From Spirochaetota bacterium (GTDB lineage: Bacteria > Spirochaetota > UBA4802 > UBA5368), in the NCBI GenBank assembly GCA_018263175.1, contig JADFDB010000003.1, positions 1 through 50,170 of the forward strand: a DNA stretch of 50,170 bases, read 5' to 3'. Numbering within the stretch: position 1 is the first letter of the stretch; every line of letters starts with the position of its first letter. The notes beneath the pieces were generated by a model that searched no databases, was not told the DNA's origin, and saw only the letters and a list, made by a program, of their open reading frames with translations. Positions 38,716 through 48,267 of the stretch are shown here, in pieces. The translations under genes and the position numbers were made by a program.

Positions 38716-40065
38716 ATGAAAAATAACCATATCCGACGCACGGCCTTACTCTCTTTGATCCTCCTCCCCCTCGCTTTTGCGATCTCGTGCCGGCTCGATG
38801 TCCCCATTCGCGAGATGACCAGGGCTAAAACCACCATAAACCGCGCGATAGAGGTCAAGGCCGGAAAATACGCCCCCGAGGAACTGAAACAGGCCGAGGC
38901 CTCCCTGCTGCAAAGCCATGAGTACATCTTCGCCGATGATACGAAAAAGGCCGCGGACGCGGCGCTGGAATCCATCAGCCAGGCGGAGGCCGCCATTACC
39001 AAATCGCTTCCCCTCCTGGCCGCCGATTCCATGGAAGAAGCGAAAAAGGAATACGCCGAGGCCGAGGCCCTCTACGCCGAGAAACTGGCCCCCGAGGAAT
39101 ACACCGCGGCGGGCGATTCCCTTAAGCTCGCCGAAACGCGCTTATCCGAACAGGCATACTGGGAGTCCCACCTCGCATCGCTCGAATCGAAGAGCCAGAG
39201 CGCCGCGGCGAAAACAAAGGCCCTCGCGGGTCTTCCCGGCATACGAAGCGAGATGGACCGCATCCGCACGGAATCCGACCAGCTTAAAAAGAACCGGGGG
39301 GGGGAATTCGCCGCCGCCGAGCTTACCGCCATCGACGAAAAGCTTGCCAGTGCCGAAGAGGCGCTCGCCCGGAACTCGATCAAGGAGGCGGCCGGGGTCC
39401 TCGCCGGAAGCGATGAGCTCCTTGCCGCGGCCTCCGAGAAGACCTATGAGGCGCTCGCCCGCGAGAGCCTCGCCGCGGCCGAAGCGGCGCTCCTTAAAGC
39501 AAAAGACACCGGCGTCGACGGGGAGTTCGCCACCGAAATCCAGAGCGCGGGCTCGCTGATCGGCGAGAGCAAAACCCACCTCGAGAACAGGGCCTTTCAG
39601 AATTCCCTCGAAAAATCCGGGGTGGCGATCGCCATCCTGAACGCGATGGCCATCGCCATCGAAAAGAAGGCGGAAGAGGCGCGCCTTGCCGCCGGAGAAA
39701 AACCCGACGAAGGCGCGATTGATACAACGACACCGCCGGGAGGCGACGATGCCGATTTTATACAGCCCTCGGTCAAGGAATACGTCGTCAGATATAATCC
39801 GAAAAAACGGGACTGTCTGTGGCGCATTTCACTGTCCGTATATCGCGACGCGCGGTTGTGGCCGCTCATCTATGTCGCCAACCGCGATAAGATCAAGGAC
39901 CCCGATCTCATCTTTCCCGGGCAGAAGTTCGTGATTCCGCCCGTCCCGAGGAAAAAATCCGAAAAGGCCGCGCAGACGGAAATCCGGAAAGATGCGCCCG
40001 AAAAAACGGCCGAGGGACCCGCCGATCCGGTGGAGAACGAGAAAACGGACCCGCCGGCGGAATAG
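38716..40065 (+). CDS. LipL71/LruA-like lipoprotein with LysM domain
   Basis: Lipobox FAIS-C; Ala-rich helical repeats (KYAPEEL..A); C-terminal DCLWRIS..Y.DARLWPLIY.AN.D.IKDPDLIFPGQ LysM. Confidence 0.8.
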   Translation: MKNNHIRRTALLSLILLPLAFAISCRLDVPIREMTRAKTTINRAIEVKAGKYAPEELKQAEASLLQSHEYIFADDTKKAADAALESISQAEAAITKSLPLLAADSMEEAKKEYAEAEALYAEKLAPEEYTAAGDSLKLAETRLSEQAYWESHLASLESKSQSAAAKTKALAGLPGIRSEMDRIRTESDQLKKNRGGEFAAAELTAIDEKLASAEEALARNSIKEAAGVLAGSDELLAAASEKTYEALARESLAAAEAALLKAKDTGVDGEFATEIQSAGSLIGESKTHLENRAFQNSLEKSGVAIAILNAMAIAIEKKAEEARLAAGEKPDEGAIDTTTPPGGDDADFIQPSVKEYVVRYNPKKRDCLWRISLSVYRDARLWPLIYVANRDKIKDPDLIFPGQKFVIPPVPRKKSEKAAQTEIRKDAPEKTAEGPADPVENEKTDPPAE

Positions 40066-40072
40066 AGACCGT

Positions 40073-41269
40073 TTGCTCCGTCCGCTCTTAGCCTGCATCT
40101 GTCTGCTCCTCCCGGCGGCGCTCTTCGCGCGGGACATCAACCTGGACGAGATCTATTTCAGGAAGGATTGTCCGTGCGCCCGGCGTCTCGCCATACAGAA
40201 GCTCGACGCCTACCAGAGCGTGCGGGCACATCTCGTCGACCGCGACGTGGTATTCGCGGGATGGCTGTCCGGCTCGGAGATATTCTATATCCAGGAGATC
40301 CCCGGCCTCGCCGCGAACATTCTCTTCCTGTACAATGCGGACCGGCAGCGGCGCACCGAGCGCGCCCGCATCCCCGGTATCATCACCGCCGTACGCGCGA
40401 GCACCGACGGCGGCTTTATCGCCCTCAAACGCCTTATCCGGAAAGAAGACCCTGTTCCCGGTGGCGAGACAGTCATCTACTCCTTTCGCAGCGGGAAGAC
40501 AAGCATACTGCCCACGGCCACCGGCTTTCTCGACTTCAACATCCCGACGGGAAATCCGGCCATCGTCTACGAAACATCCGCCGGGATCACCGAGTACGAT
40601 CCCGATACCGGACAGACCAGACTCCTCATGGGAAAACGCCGCTATGCCGACGCCACGGTAGCGGGCGGCACAACGATGGCCCTTCTTTCCCCGGACCGGC
40701 GAAACACGCTCATCATCAGCGGCGGGGGCGGAAGTTATGCCGCGCGGCTCTACGGCGATCGCCCGTCCTTTTCGATCTCCGGCATCAGCTCGGCGGCCGA
40801 GACCTTCTGGATCGACGCACACACCCTCGCTTTTCGATCGGGGACTCCCGGAAACTTCTCCGTGCGCCGCTACGATGTGCGGAAAAAAACCTCCGTCACG
40901 CTTCTGACGTCTTCGCTCAATACTTCGCTTGCTTACTCCCCCCACGCCGCGACGCTATCGTTCCTGAACGACCAGCTCATCTGTCTGCACTCGGTCCGTG
41001 ACAGAAAGACCCTGCTGACCGGAATCGAGGGCGAGGACGTGAGCCTGTCCCCTCCCGGAAGCCGTTTCGTTTCGCTTTTCAACAAACGCCTCTTCATCGT
41101 CAACATCGAGCTCATTAAGAAGAACGAACTCTTACTGAGGAGAACCTGGGCCTCGCTCCTCGCCTCCTACAGGCAGCTCGCCCTCGAAAAGCCTTCCTGG
41201 GAAAACGAATATTCGCTTGATTATATCCGTCGGAAGATTAGGCTGTACACGTCGCTTATCGACGGCTGA
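40073..41269 (+). CDS. Hypothetical exported protein, probable beta-propeller
   Basis: TTG start then a signal peptide (LLACICLLLPAALFA); repeated SPD/SP-G-type blade motifs. Confidence 0.65.
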   Translation: MLRPLLACICLLLPAALFARDINLDEIYFRKDCPCARRLAIQKLDAYQSVRAHLVDRDVVFAGWLSGSEIFYIQEIPGLAANILFLYNADRQRRTERARIPGIITAVRASTDGGFIALKRLIRKEDPVPGGETVIYSFRSGKTSILPTATGFLDFNIPTGNPAIVYETSAGITEYDPDTGQTRLLMGKRRYADATVAGGTTMALLSPDRRNTLIISGGGGSYAARLYGDRPSFSISGISSAAETFWIDAHTLAFRSGTPGNFSVRRYDVRKKTSVTLLTSSLNTSLAYSPHAATLSFLNDQLICLHSVRDRKTLLTGIEGEDVSLSPPGSRFVSLFNKRLFIVNIELIKKNELLLRRTWASLLASYRQLALEKPSWENEYSLDYIRRKIRLYTSLIDG

Positions 41270-41289
41270 AGTGCCCATCCGGAGGAAAC

Positions 41290-42237
41290 ATGGACCGAAA
41301 TCTCGCCCTTGAAGTGGTGCGCGTCACCGAGGCCGCCGCCCTGTACGCAAGCCGGCTTATGGGCAGAGGTGACGCCGAACAGGCGAACCGCGCGGCCACC
41401 GAGGCCATGGCGCAGGTATTCTCATCGGTCTCGATCCGGGGGCGCATCGTCAGCGGCGGCGAGTATGAGGACAGCCCCTTCGCGCGGGGCATGATGGTCG
41501 GCACCAATTCCGGTTCCGAGGTCGACATCGCCATCGATCCGCTCGACGGCAAAACCACCTGCGCCAACGGCGGCAACAACGCCATCGCCGCGATCGCCCT
41601 CGGCGAAAAGGACGAGCTTTTCAGCACGCCGCAGATCTACATGGAAAAGATCGCCGTCGGACCCGAGGCCCGGGGGGTCGTGGATATAACCCAGCCCCCC
41701 GAAATCAACATCAAGCGGGTCGCGCGCGCCAAGGATAAATACATCGAGGACGTTACCGTCTGCGTACTCGACCGCGAGCGCCATTGCGACCTCATCGCGA
41801 GCATCAGGGCCACCGGGGCGCGCATAAAGCTCATCAACGACGGCGACATCTCGGGTGCGGTCGCGACGGCCATGGACGGCAAGGCGATCGATATCCTGAT
41901 GGGAAGCGGCGGCGCGATGCAGGGAGTGGTGGCCGCGGCGGCGCTCAAATGCCTCGGCGGGGACATTCAGGCGCGCTTCATCTATCGCAACGAGGACGAC
42001 AAACGCAAGGTGCTCGACACCGGGGAGAAAGACCTCGACCGAATATACGGCATCGGCGATCTGGCGAAGGGCAACATCGTCTTCGCGGCGACGGGCATTA
42101 CCAACGGGGAGCTTCTGCCGGGCGTTTTGTTCGTCTCTGGCGGCGCGCAGACCCATTCGGTGGTGATGCGTTCGAAGACCCGCACGGTGCGGTACATCAC
42201 CGCGATGCACCAGTTCGACTACAAGCCTATGTATTGA
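41290..42237 (+). CDS. glpX: GlpX (class II FBPase) family protein with a degenerate active site
   Basis: MDRNLALEVVRVTEAAAL, IDPLDG, YMEK, R.RH, DGD and FAATGIT motifs; catalytic residues altered (see findings). Confidence 0.88.
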   Translation: MDRNLALEVVRVTEAAALYASRLMGRGDAEQANRAATEAMAQVFSSVSIRGRIVSGGEYEDSPFARGMMVGTNSGSEVDIAIDPLDGKTTCANGGNNAIAAIALGEKDELFSTPQIYMEKIAVGPEARGVVDITQPPEINIKRVARAKDKYIEDVTVCVLDRERHCDLIASIRATGARIKLINDGDISGAVATAMDGKAIDILMGSGGAMQGVVAAAALKCLGGDIQARFIYRNEDDKRKVLDTGEKDLDRIYGIGDLAKGNIVFAATGITNGELLPGVLFVSGGAQTHSVVMRSKTRTVRYITAMHQFDYKPMY

Positions 42238-42289
42238 GGTTTCCCTGAACAGCCGGGTGGCCTCAAAAAAAATATCCGGAGTGTAAAAA

Positions 42290-42934
42290 ATGAAATTTTT
42301 CATCGACACGGCCGACATCAACGAAATCCGAAAAGCGCGGGAGTTCGGCATACTCGACGGCGTCACCACCAATCCCTCCCTTGTAAGCAAGGTTAAGCGG
42401 CCCTACCTCGAAGTGCTCACCGAAATCGCCCGCGAGATCGAGGGGCCGGTATCCGCCGAGGTCATCGCCACCGACTCGGCCGGAATCGTCAGGGAGGCCA
42501 GGGAGCTCGCCAAAATCGGCGGCAATGTCGTCATCAAGGTCCCGCTTATCGCCGAGGGCCTCAAGGCGGTCAAAACGCTGAGCGGCGAGGGAATCAAGAC
42601 CAACGTTACGCTCTGCTTTAACGCGCTTCAGGCGCTCATGGCGGCGAAGGCGGGCGCGACCTATATCTCACCGTTTGTGGGCAGGCTCGACGACATCGCA
42701 TCCGAGGGCATGGAGGTCGTCGAGGAGATCATGACGATATACGACAACTACGGATTCGACACCGAGATCATCGTGGCGTCGGTGCGCAATCCACTGCACA
42801 TAAAGTACGCGGCCATGATGGGCGCTCATATCGCGACGATCCCCTACTCCGTGTTCGAGAGCATCGTCAAACATCCGCTCACCGACATCGGTCTCGCGAA
42901 ATTCCTCGAGGACTACAAGAAGGTCCCGAAGTGA
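42290..42934 (+). CDS. tal: Transaldolase / fructose-6-phosphate aldolase family
   Basis: [24 protein letters not shown] Schiff-base Lys, [11 protein letters not shown]. Confidence 0.92.
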   Translation: MKFFIDTADINEIRKAREFGILDGVTTNPSLVSKVKRPYLEVLTEIAREIEGPVSAEVIATDSAGIVREARELAKIGGNVVIKVPLIAEGLKAVKTLSGEGIKTNVTLCFNALQALMAAKAGATYISPFVGRLDDIASEGMEVVEEIMTIYDNYGFDTEIIVASVRNPLHIKYAAMMGAHIATIPYSVFESIVKHPLTDIGLAKFLEDYKKVPK

Positions 42935-43150
42935 TCGGAAACGCCTCCCGGCCGGCCGCCGGATAGTCCGAAGGCTTCCCCGACCGTTTTGCCGGCGCGG
43001 AATGGACGGCGAAGGCCCGGGTTTGGCGCTTTCCCCGGTATGCTGTCGTACGACCGGACACAGCATACCACCATCTCCGGCCGCCTGCCCGGGATGCCCG
43101 CCGCTCTTCCGGCTCTCCATCGGGGTACGCTCATCATCGCACATGAACAG

Positions 43151-43240
43151 CAGACTTGCTGCATGACCGGCGAGTAAACCGGGTCCACCCCGCCGCAGGC
43201 GGGGAGAAACTCGATATCCGCACAGTATGAAACACGTCCA
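43151..43240. repeat. ~90-bp MITE/REP-like element, copy 5
   Basis: CAGACTTGCTGCAT...ATGAAACACGTCCA with CCCCGCC-GCA-GGCGGGG core. Confidence 0.75.
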
Positions 43241-43265
43241 TTGAACTCTGCAAAATTTTGAATAG

Positions 43266-43353
43266 CAGCCTTGCTGCATAGCCGGGGATTGAAAGGTTTC
43301 CCCCCGCCTGTGGCGGGGGGAAACCAATATCCGCACGATACGAAACACGTCCA
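43266..43353. repeat. ~90-bp MITE/REP-like element, copy 6 (tandem with copy 5)
   Basis: CAGCCTTGCTGCAT...ACGAAACACGTCCA with perfect stem GGTTTCCCCCCGCC-TGT-GGCGGGGGGAAACC. Confidence 0.75.
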
Positions 43354-43445
43354 TCGCATTCTGCAAAATAAGGTATAAAATAATTAAAAATAGTATTGCT
43401 ATAATTATCGGGATACTTTCTATTTGAGCATTTCGTTCGCAGCCG

Positions 43446-44669
43446 ATGGCTTCGGCCAATGTATTCGAGGAGAACACCGTGAAACTCACTCTGGTCGGCA
43501 GGAAGGGAAATCCCGAATCGCTCTTGGCGGAGACGGCGAAGGCCATTCCGCCTTCAGGCATACGCCAGTTCTTCGATATCGTCTACTCGACGCCCGACTG
43601 CATATCGCTCGGCGTCGGCGAACCCGATTTCGTCACCCCCTGGAGGATCTCCGACACCGGCATCTTCGCCATCAAGGACGGCTACACCCACTACACGCCC
43701 AACAGGGGCCTGCTCGAGCTCCGCAATCTCATAACCGCCGCCATCGAAAAACAGCACGGCATTTCCTACAGCCCCGAAGACGAGGTCGTCGTCACCATGG
43801 GGGTCTCCCAGGGACTCGACATCGCGCTTCGCAGCATCGTCAATCCGGGCGACGAGGTCATCATCGTCGAGCCATGCTATGTGTCATACGAAGCCAATAT
43901 CCGCCTCATCGGCGGCATCGCGGTGACCGTGCCGACGTTTGCCGACGAGAATTTTCGGATCGACATTAATCGTCTTAAAAAAGCCGTAACGCCGAAAACA
44001 AAGGGCATCCTCCTCAATTATCCGTCCAACCCCACCGGTTCGAGCATCGATTACGACACCCTTGACGCTATCGCGCGCATCGCCATCGAGAACAATCTGA
44101 TCGTTTTTTCGGACGAGATTTACTCTTCGATAATCTACGAGCGCGAGCACCAGTCCATTATCTCTTTCCCCGGCATGAAGGAACGCACCGTCTACCTGAA
44201 CGGCTTTTCCAAATCACACGCGATGACCGGCTGGCGGCTCGGATACGTTGCCGGCCCGAAATACCTCATCGACGTACTGCTTAAAATACACCAGTACACC
44301 GCGCTCTGCGCCCCCTCCATCTCACAGTACGCCGCGATCGAGGCCATGCAGAACGCCGACCGCGAAGTGGCGCACATGCGCACCGAGTACACCCGGCGGC
44401 GCAATTTCATCGTGAGCCGCTTCAACGAAGCCGGGCTCCCGTGCCTGTCGCCCCAGGGCGCGTTCTACGTTTTCCCGGACGTCTCGCCGACGGGGCTCTC
44501 CTCCGAGGAGTTCGCACTGAAGCTCCTCAAGGCCCAGAAGGTGGCCGTGGTCCCCGGCGGGGTTTTCGGCGAATGCGGCAAAAACCACATCCGCTGTTCC
44601 TTCGCCAATTCCATGGAAAACATCAGGACGGCCATGAAAAGGATTGATAAATTCGTCAAAGGCCTGTAG
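43446..44669 (+). CDS. PLP-dependent aminotransferase class I/II
   Basis: SLGVGEPDF, NYPSNPTG, SDEIY, GFSKSHAMTGWRLGY and GAFY motifs. Confidence 0.95.
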   Translation: MASANVFEENTVKLTLVGRKGNPESLLAETAKAIPPSGIRQFFDIVYSTPDCISLGVGEPDFVTPWRISDTGIFAIKDGYTHYTPNRGLLELRNLITAAIEKQHGISYSPEDEVVVTMGVSQGLDIALRSIVNPGDEVIIVEPCYVSYEANIRLIGGIAVTVPTFADENFRIDINRLKKAVTPKTKGILLNYPSNPTGSSIDYDTLDAIARIAIENNLIVFSDEIYSSIIYEREHQSIISFPGMKERTVYLNGFSKSHAMTGWRLGYVAGPKYLIDVLLKIHQYTALCAPSISQYAAIEAMQNADREVAHMRTEYTRRRNFIVSRFNEAGLPCLSPQGAFYVFPDVSPTGLSSEEFALKLLKAQKVAVVPGGVFGECGKNHIRCSFANSMENIRTAMKRIDKFVKGL

Positions 44670-44678
44670 CCCGTTGTC

Positions 44679-45188
44679 ATGGTTTATCTTATAGACGGAT
44701 TCAACCTCATCTACAAATTCCCCGACCTCGAAGGCCTCATGTACCAGGGCCGTCTTTCCGATGCGCGGCGCGGTCTGCTCGAAAAGCTGAAGGAATACAT
44801 AAAGCTCACCGGGGACAAGGTGCGGATCGTATTCGACGGCAAGAAGGAAAGGCTCCTCGAAATCAAGAACGAACACGCGGGGGCCATAGACATCTACTAT
44901 TCGCTCGAGTACAGCGCAGATTTTCTGATCAAACAGTTCATTAAAAAGGACCTGAATCCCCGTATGACCACGGTCGTGACCTCGGACAAGGACATCGTCC
45001 GCTACGTTACGCGCTACCGTGCCAGGGTGAAAACCAGCGAAGAGTTCGCCGAAGAGCTCACGAAGACCATGGAGAAATGGGCCGAGGAGCAAATTCCCGA
45101 AAAAGAGGATGATCCCCGGCTCGACAAGGAGGAGATCGCGTTCTGGGAACGGCTGTTTAAAGGCGGAAAAAAGAGGTCTTCCGAATAG
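44679..45188 (+). CDS. NYN/PIN domain protein, YacP/Rae1-like
   Basis: YLIDGFNL, IVFDG, SAD..I and VVTSD acidic motifs. Confidence 0.85.
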   Translation: MVYLIDGFNLIYKFPDLEGLMYQGRLSDARRGLLEKLKEYIKLTGDKVRIVFDGKKERLLEIKNEHAGAIDIYYSLEYSADFLIKQFIKKDLNPRMTTVVTSDKDIVRYVTRYRARVKTSEEFAEELTKTMEKWAEEQIPEKEDDPRLDKEEIAFWERLFKGGKKRSSE

Positions 45189-45216
45189 TGACGCCCGTTG
45201 CGCGGCGGCTTTGACG

Positions 45217-45987
45217 CTAAAGTCCCGCCGCCAGCACGGCCGCTCCTATGGCGCCGTTTTCCTGCGCGTTCGCGGAGACCTCTATGGGGCTCTCGAGCTT
45301 TTTCTCGATGGCGGTCACGACCCCGCGGTTCTTGGCCACCCCTCCCGTCATCATGATCGGCGGCACCACGCCCACGCGCTTCGCCATGGCGACGACCCTC
45401 GCCGCGATTGATTCGTGAATTCCCGCGATGATATTTTCACGGCCCTCGCCTTTCGAGATGAGGGATATGACCTCTGACTCGGCGAATACCGTACAGAGAC
45501 TGCTTATCTTCGACGGGTTTTCGGACCGGAGCGAAAGCGTCCCGAATTCGTCCAGGTCAAGCTCCAGGGCGCGTGCCATGACCTCCAGGAAGCGTCCCGT
45601 CCCCGCCGCGCACTTATCGTTCATTGCGAAATCCTTCACCCTGCCGGACTCGTCGACCGCGATGGTCTTGCTGTCCTGTCCACCGATATCGATGATGGAG
45701 CGAATGCGGGGATTGAGGTAATGAGCCCCTGCGGCATGGCAGGTTATTTCGGTGATCGCCGAATCGGCGAAACGCACGCTGTTTCTGCCGTACCCGGTGG
45801 CGACGATTTTGTCGATCTCTGACCGCCCGATGCCGAGCTCAGAAAGGATCTCCTCGAGCACCCGGTTGCCGGCACTCTCCGAGTGGTAGCCGGTAAAGAT
45901 GACCTTCGTGCCAAGTATGCGATTGTCTTTCATTACGGCCGCTTTCGTGGTGATCGATCCTATGTCCATTCCAATCGTCAGCATCAC
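45217..45987 (-). CDS. Acyl-CoA dehydratase activase (HgdC/BcrAD family)
   Basis: GMDIGSITTK, ATGYGR, DIGGQDSK, MNDKCAAGTGRFLE and CTVFAESEVIS motifs. Confidence 0.93.
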   Translation of the reverse strand: MMLTIGMDIGSITTKAAVMKDNRILGTKVIFTGYHSESAGNRVLEEILSELGIGRSEIDKIVATGYGRNSVRFADSAITEITCHAAGAHYLNPRIRSIIDIGGQDSKTIAVDESGRVKDFAMNDKCAAGTGRFLEVMARALELDLDEFGTLSLRSENPSKISSLCTVFAESEVISLISKGEGRENIIAGIHESIAARVVAMAKRVGVVPPIMMTGGVAKNRGVVTAIEKKLESPIEVSANAQENGAIGAAVLAAGL

Positions 45988-46002
45988 CGTTTCCTCTTTG
46001 CT

Positions 46003-46890
46003 TTAGTCTTGCAGGTGCGTGTTAAAGAACGCCATCATGTCGGCCGTAAGACCGTGCCACAGCTTCCACTCGTGGGACTTATTACGCACTTCTGTATACT
46101 CGACGACATAGCCGTCGCCGCTTCGCTTCTGCAGATGATTAAGGCGGATGCCGAGCAGGCGGGACTGCTCGATCGGCACGGTGGTGTCCTTGTCGCCGTG
46201 GGCCAGGAAGACCGGCGTTTTCTCGAGCCTGACGGCAAGCTCCATAATGTTGTCATCGTGCCGCCAGCGCTCCGCGAAGTCGGCAAACTTACCGTAAACA
46301 GACACCAGGTCCCGGTTCTGGGTGAGCACCGCGACGTCGTAATATCCCGAAAGCCCTGCCGCCGCGCCGAACATCTCAGGATTCCCCGCTGCGGCGAGCA
46401 GCGCTCCGCGGGCCCCGGTGCCTATGCCTGCAATGCCCGCGGCGCCTCTGTGCCGGGCGATGCCGTACTCCTCGCGTAAAAACGGCACGAGCACCGTGGT
46501 AATCCACTTCCCGCCGGGAACGGGGTTCCACCTGGTCTGCGTCTCCGCATAATAGCCCGTCTCGTACTGGGTGGCGCCCATCGACGGGCACACAAGGACG
46601 ATTGCGTACTCATCGGCGTACCGCCGCACGTCCGTGTTCGCGCCCCAGTCGCGCGACGACCCCTTATGGTCGTGCAGGAGCACCACCGTCCGGCCCGCGC
46701 GCACTGCGTACATGGCGGGGAAGTAGGCCCTCACTTCGGTCGTCGCGCTCTCGCCATTAAGTACGCAGGGTATGCTGAGGTCGATCCATTGTCCGGTCGG
46801 GGCCTTGCGAGCACTGCGCACGAGGTCACCCGAACAGGCAAGACAGGCAATCAGGAGAGCGGCGGCCCCCGCCCTCAAGGATGTTTTCAT
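46003..46890 (-). CDS. Esterase-family alpha/beta hydrolase-fold lipoprotein
   Basis: Lipobox-like CLAC, VLLH, HGDKD and SHEW motifs; nucleophile elbow reads GIGTG. Confidence 0.8.
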   Translation of the reverse strand: MKTSLRAGAAALLIACLACSGDLVRSARKAPTGQWIDLSIPCVLNGESATTEVRAYFPAMYAVRAGRTVVLLHDHKGSSRDWGANTDVRRYADEYAIVLVCPSMGATQYETGYYAETQTRWNPVPGGKWITTVLVPFLREEYGIARHRGAAGIAGIGTGARGALLAAAGNPEMFGAAAGLSGYYDVAVLTQNRDLVSVYGKFADFAERWRHDDNIMELAVRLEKTPVFLAHGDKDTTVPIEQSRLLGIRLNHLQKRSGDGYVVEYTEVRNKSHEWKLWHGLTADMMAFFNTHLQD

Positions 46891-46985
46891 GGTCGTCCTT
46901 CCGGGGTTTAAAAATCATCGCGACAGGGGCGAAACATAGCAGCCGAGCACTTATCCGTCAACAGCATTATTGACCCGTTCAATTC

Positions 46986-47669
46986 CTACAGGTATCCCGC
47001 CTCCTTCATGCTGAGGTAGGAGGACTGTCCTATGATGACATGATCGAGGAGTTCGATCCCGATGATCGCGCCTGCCTCTTTGATCCTTTTCGTAGCGGCG
47101 ATGTCCTCGCGCGACGGCACCAGCACCCCCGAGGGGTGGTTGTGCGCGACGACGATCGACGCACCCGCCTCGCGGATCGCCTCCCTGAAGATTTCCCGCG
47201 GATGAATAAGCGCCTCCGAAACCGTGCCTACTGAGACAGTCGACTTTTTCAATATGCTGTTCTTGTTGTTGAGAATGAAGACCCTGAATTCCTCGCGCTT
47301 CAGCGAGGCCATCTCGGGCTGCAGAAGTTTCCATACCCTTTCGGGCGAATCGATGATCGGAGAGGAATTCTGCACCGACAACAGCCTTCTTCCCAGCTCG
47401 AAGGCCGCGTGGATTCGTATCGCTTTTTTCATTCCCACGCCGTGCCGCTGCGCCATCTCTCTGAGGCCCGAGGCATGGATCCCCGGCAATCCGCCGAACT
47501 GTTTAACCATACACGAGGCGAGTTCGAGCACGTCTACCGTACGCGTTCCCGTGCCCAGAAGGATGGCGAGCAGCTCCATGTCGGAAAGTTCCTGTACGCT
47601 TCCGCCGGCAATGCATTTCTGCACGGGAAGGTGGCTCTGCATGTCTTTAAGTATATCGTTCATATACAT
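46986..47669 (-). CDS. radC: RadC (JAB domain) protein
   Basis: LSDMELLAILLGTG, HhH, HPREIF, HNHPSG...PS.ED and LLDHVIIG motifs. Confidence 0.93.
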   Translation of the reverse strand: MYMNDILKDMQSHLPVQKCIAGGSVQELSDMELLAILLGTGTRTVDVLELASCMVKQFGGLPGIHASGLREMAQRHGVGMKKAIRIHAAFELGRRLLSVQNSSPIIDSPERVWKLLQPEMASLKREEFRVFILNNKNSILKKSTVSVGTVSEALIHPREIFREAIREAGASIVVAHNHPSGVLVPSREDIAATKRIKEAGAIIGIELLDHVIIGQSSYLSMKEAGYL

Positions 47670-47875
47670 AAAACGTTTTACCGCCCCGGTCGGGTTAACA
47701 CTTTTTTATAAAAACGGACATTTTTATATCCGTCAGAGCCGTCAGACCGCACCGGTTGAGCTGTCGGTTTTCCGATAAATTGTTATTTACTAATATTCAG
47801 CCGGGCTTTCTATTGTTCATAGTGAAGAATGGAAGCCGGTTTCCCGGACCTGGAACCGGGTAAAACTGAAGATCG

Positions 47876-48217
47876 GTGGAGACGGCAATGCTCGAAATCA
47901 AAGACCTCGGTGACGACCTTTTTGTGGCCAAAGTAACCATGAACGAAGTGCTCACGCTCGATGTCCCCGATCTTAAGGAAAAATTGCAGCATGAGATCCT
48001 CAACAGGGAGATCAAAAAACTGGTGCTCGATCTTTCCGACGTAAAACTCATTACAAGCTCGGGGATCGGCATTTTCCTCAATATCAACCAGAGCCTTAAA
48101 AACGGCCTCAGGCTGGCCGCGCCTCAGCACGAAGTCGAGAAGGTCCTCGAGCTCACAAAGGTCTCGTCGGTCATCAAAATATTCAGCACGGTCGACGCGG
48201 CTATAAAAAGTTATTAA
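47876..48217 (+). CDS. STAS domain anti-sigma factor antagonist
   Basis: LVLDLSDVKLITSSGIG with the phospho-Ser motif; 113 aa. Confidence 0.88.
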   Translation: METAMLEIKDLGDDLFVAKVTMNEVLTLDVPDLKEKLQHEILNREIKKLVLDLSDVKLITSSGIGIFLNINQSLKNGLRLAAPQHEVEKVLELTKVSSVIKIFSTVDAAIKSY

Positions 48218-48232
48218 ATATTTAAAATTTAT

Positions 48233-48261
48233 TTGACCCGGCCTGCCGGGCTTTGTATTAT
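48233..48261 (+). promoter_or_regulatory. Sigma70 promoter with AT-rich UP-like element
   Basis: TTGACC-17 nt-TATTAT, preceded by an AT-rich tract at 48202-48232. Confidence 0.65.
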
Positions 48262-48267
48262 ATAATC

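Noticed and set aside
42935-43145. Small ORFs between tal and the tandem repeats
   Set aside because: No SD, motif or codon-bias support in any frame.
43146-43369. Possible mini CRISPR array
   Set aside because: Only two ~115-bp degenerate units with no unique spacers and no cas genes; explained by the dispersed palindromic element.
46986-47669. radC as a marker of a mobile element
   Set aside because: Full-length chromosomal type with N-terminal HhH region, among housekeeping-like genes; no mobility genes nearby.
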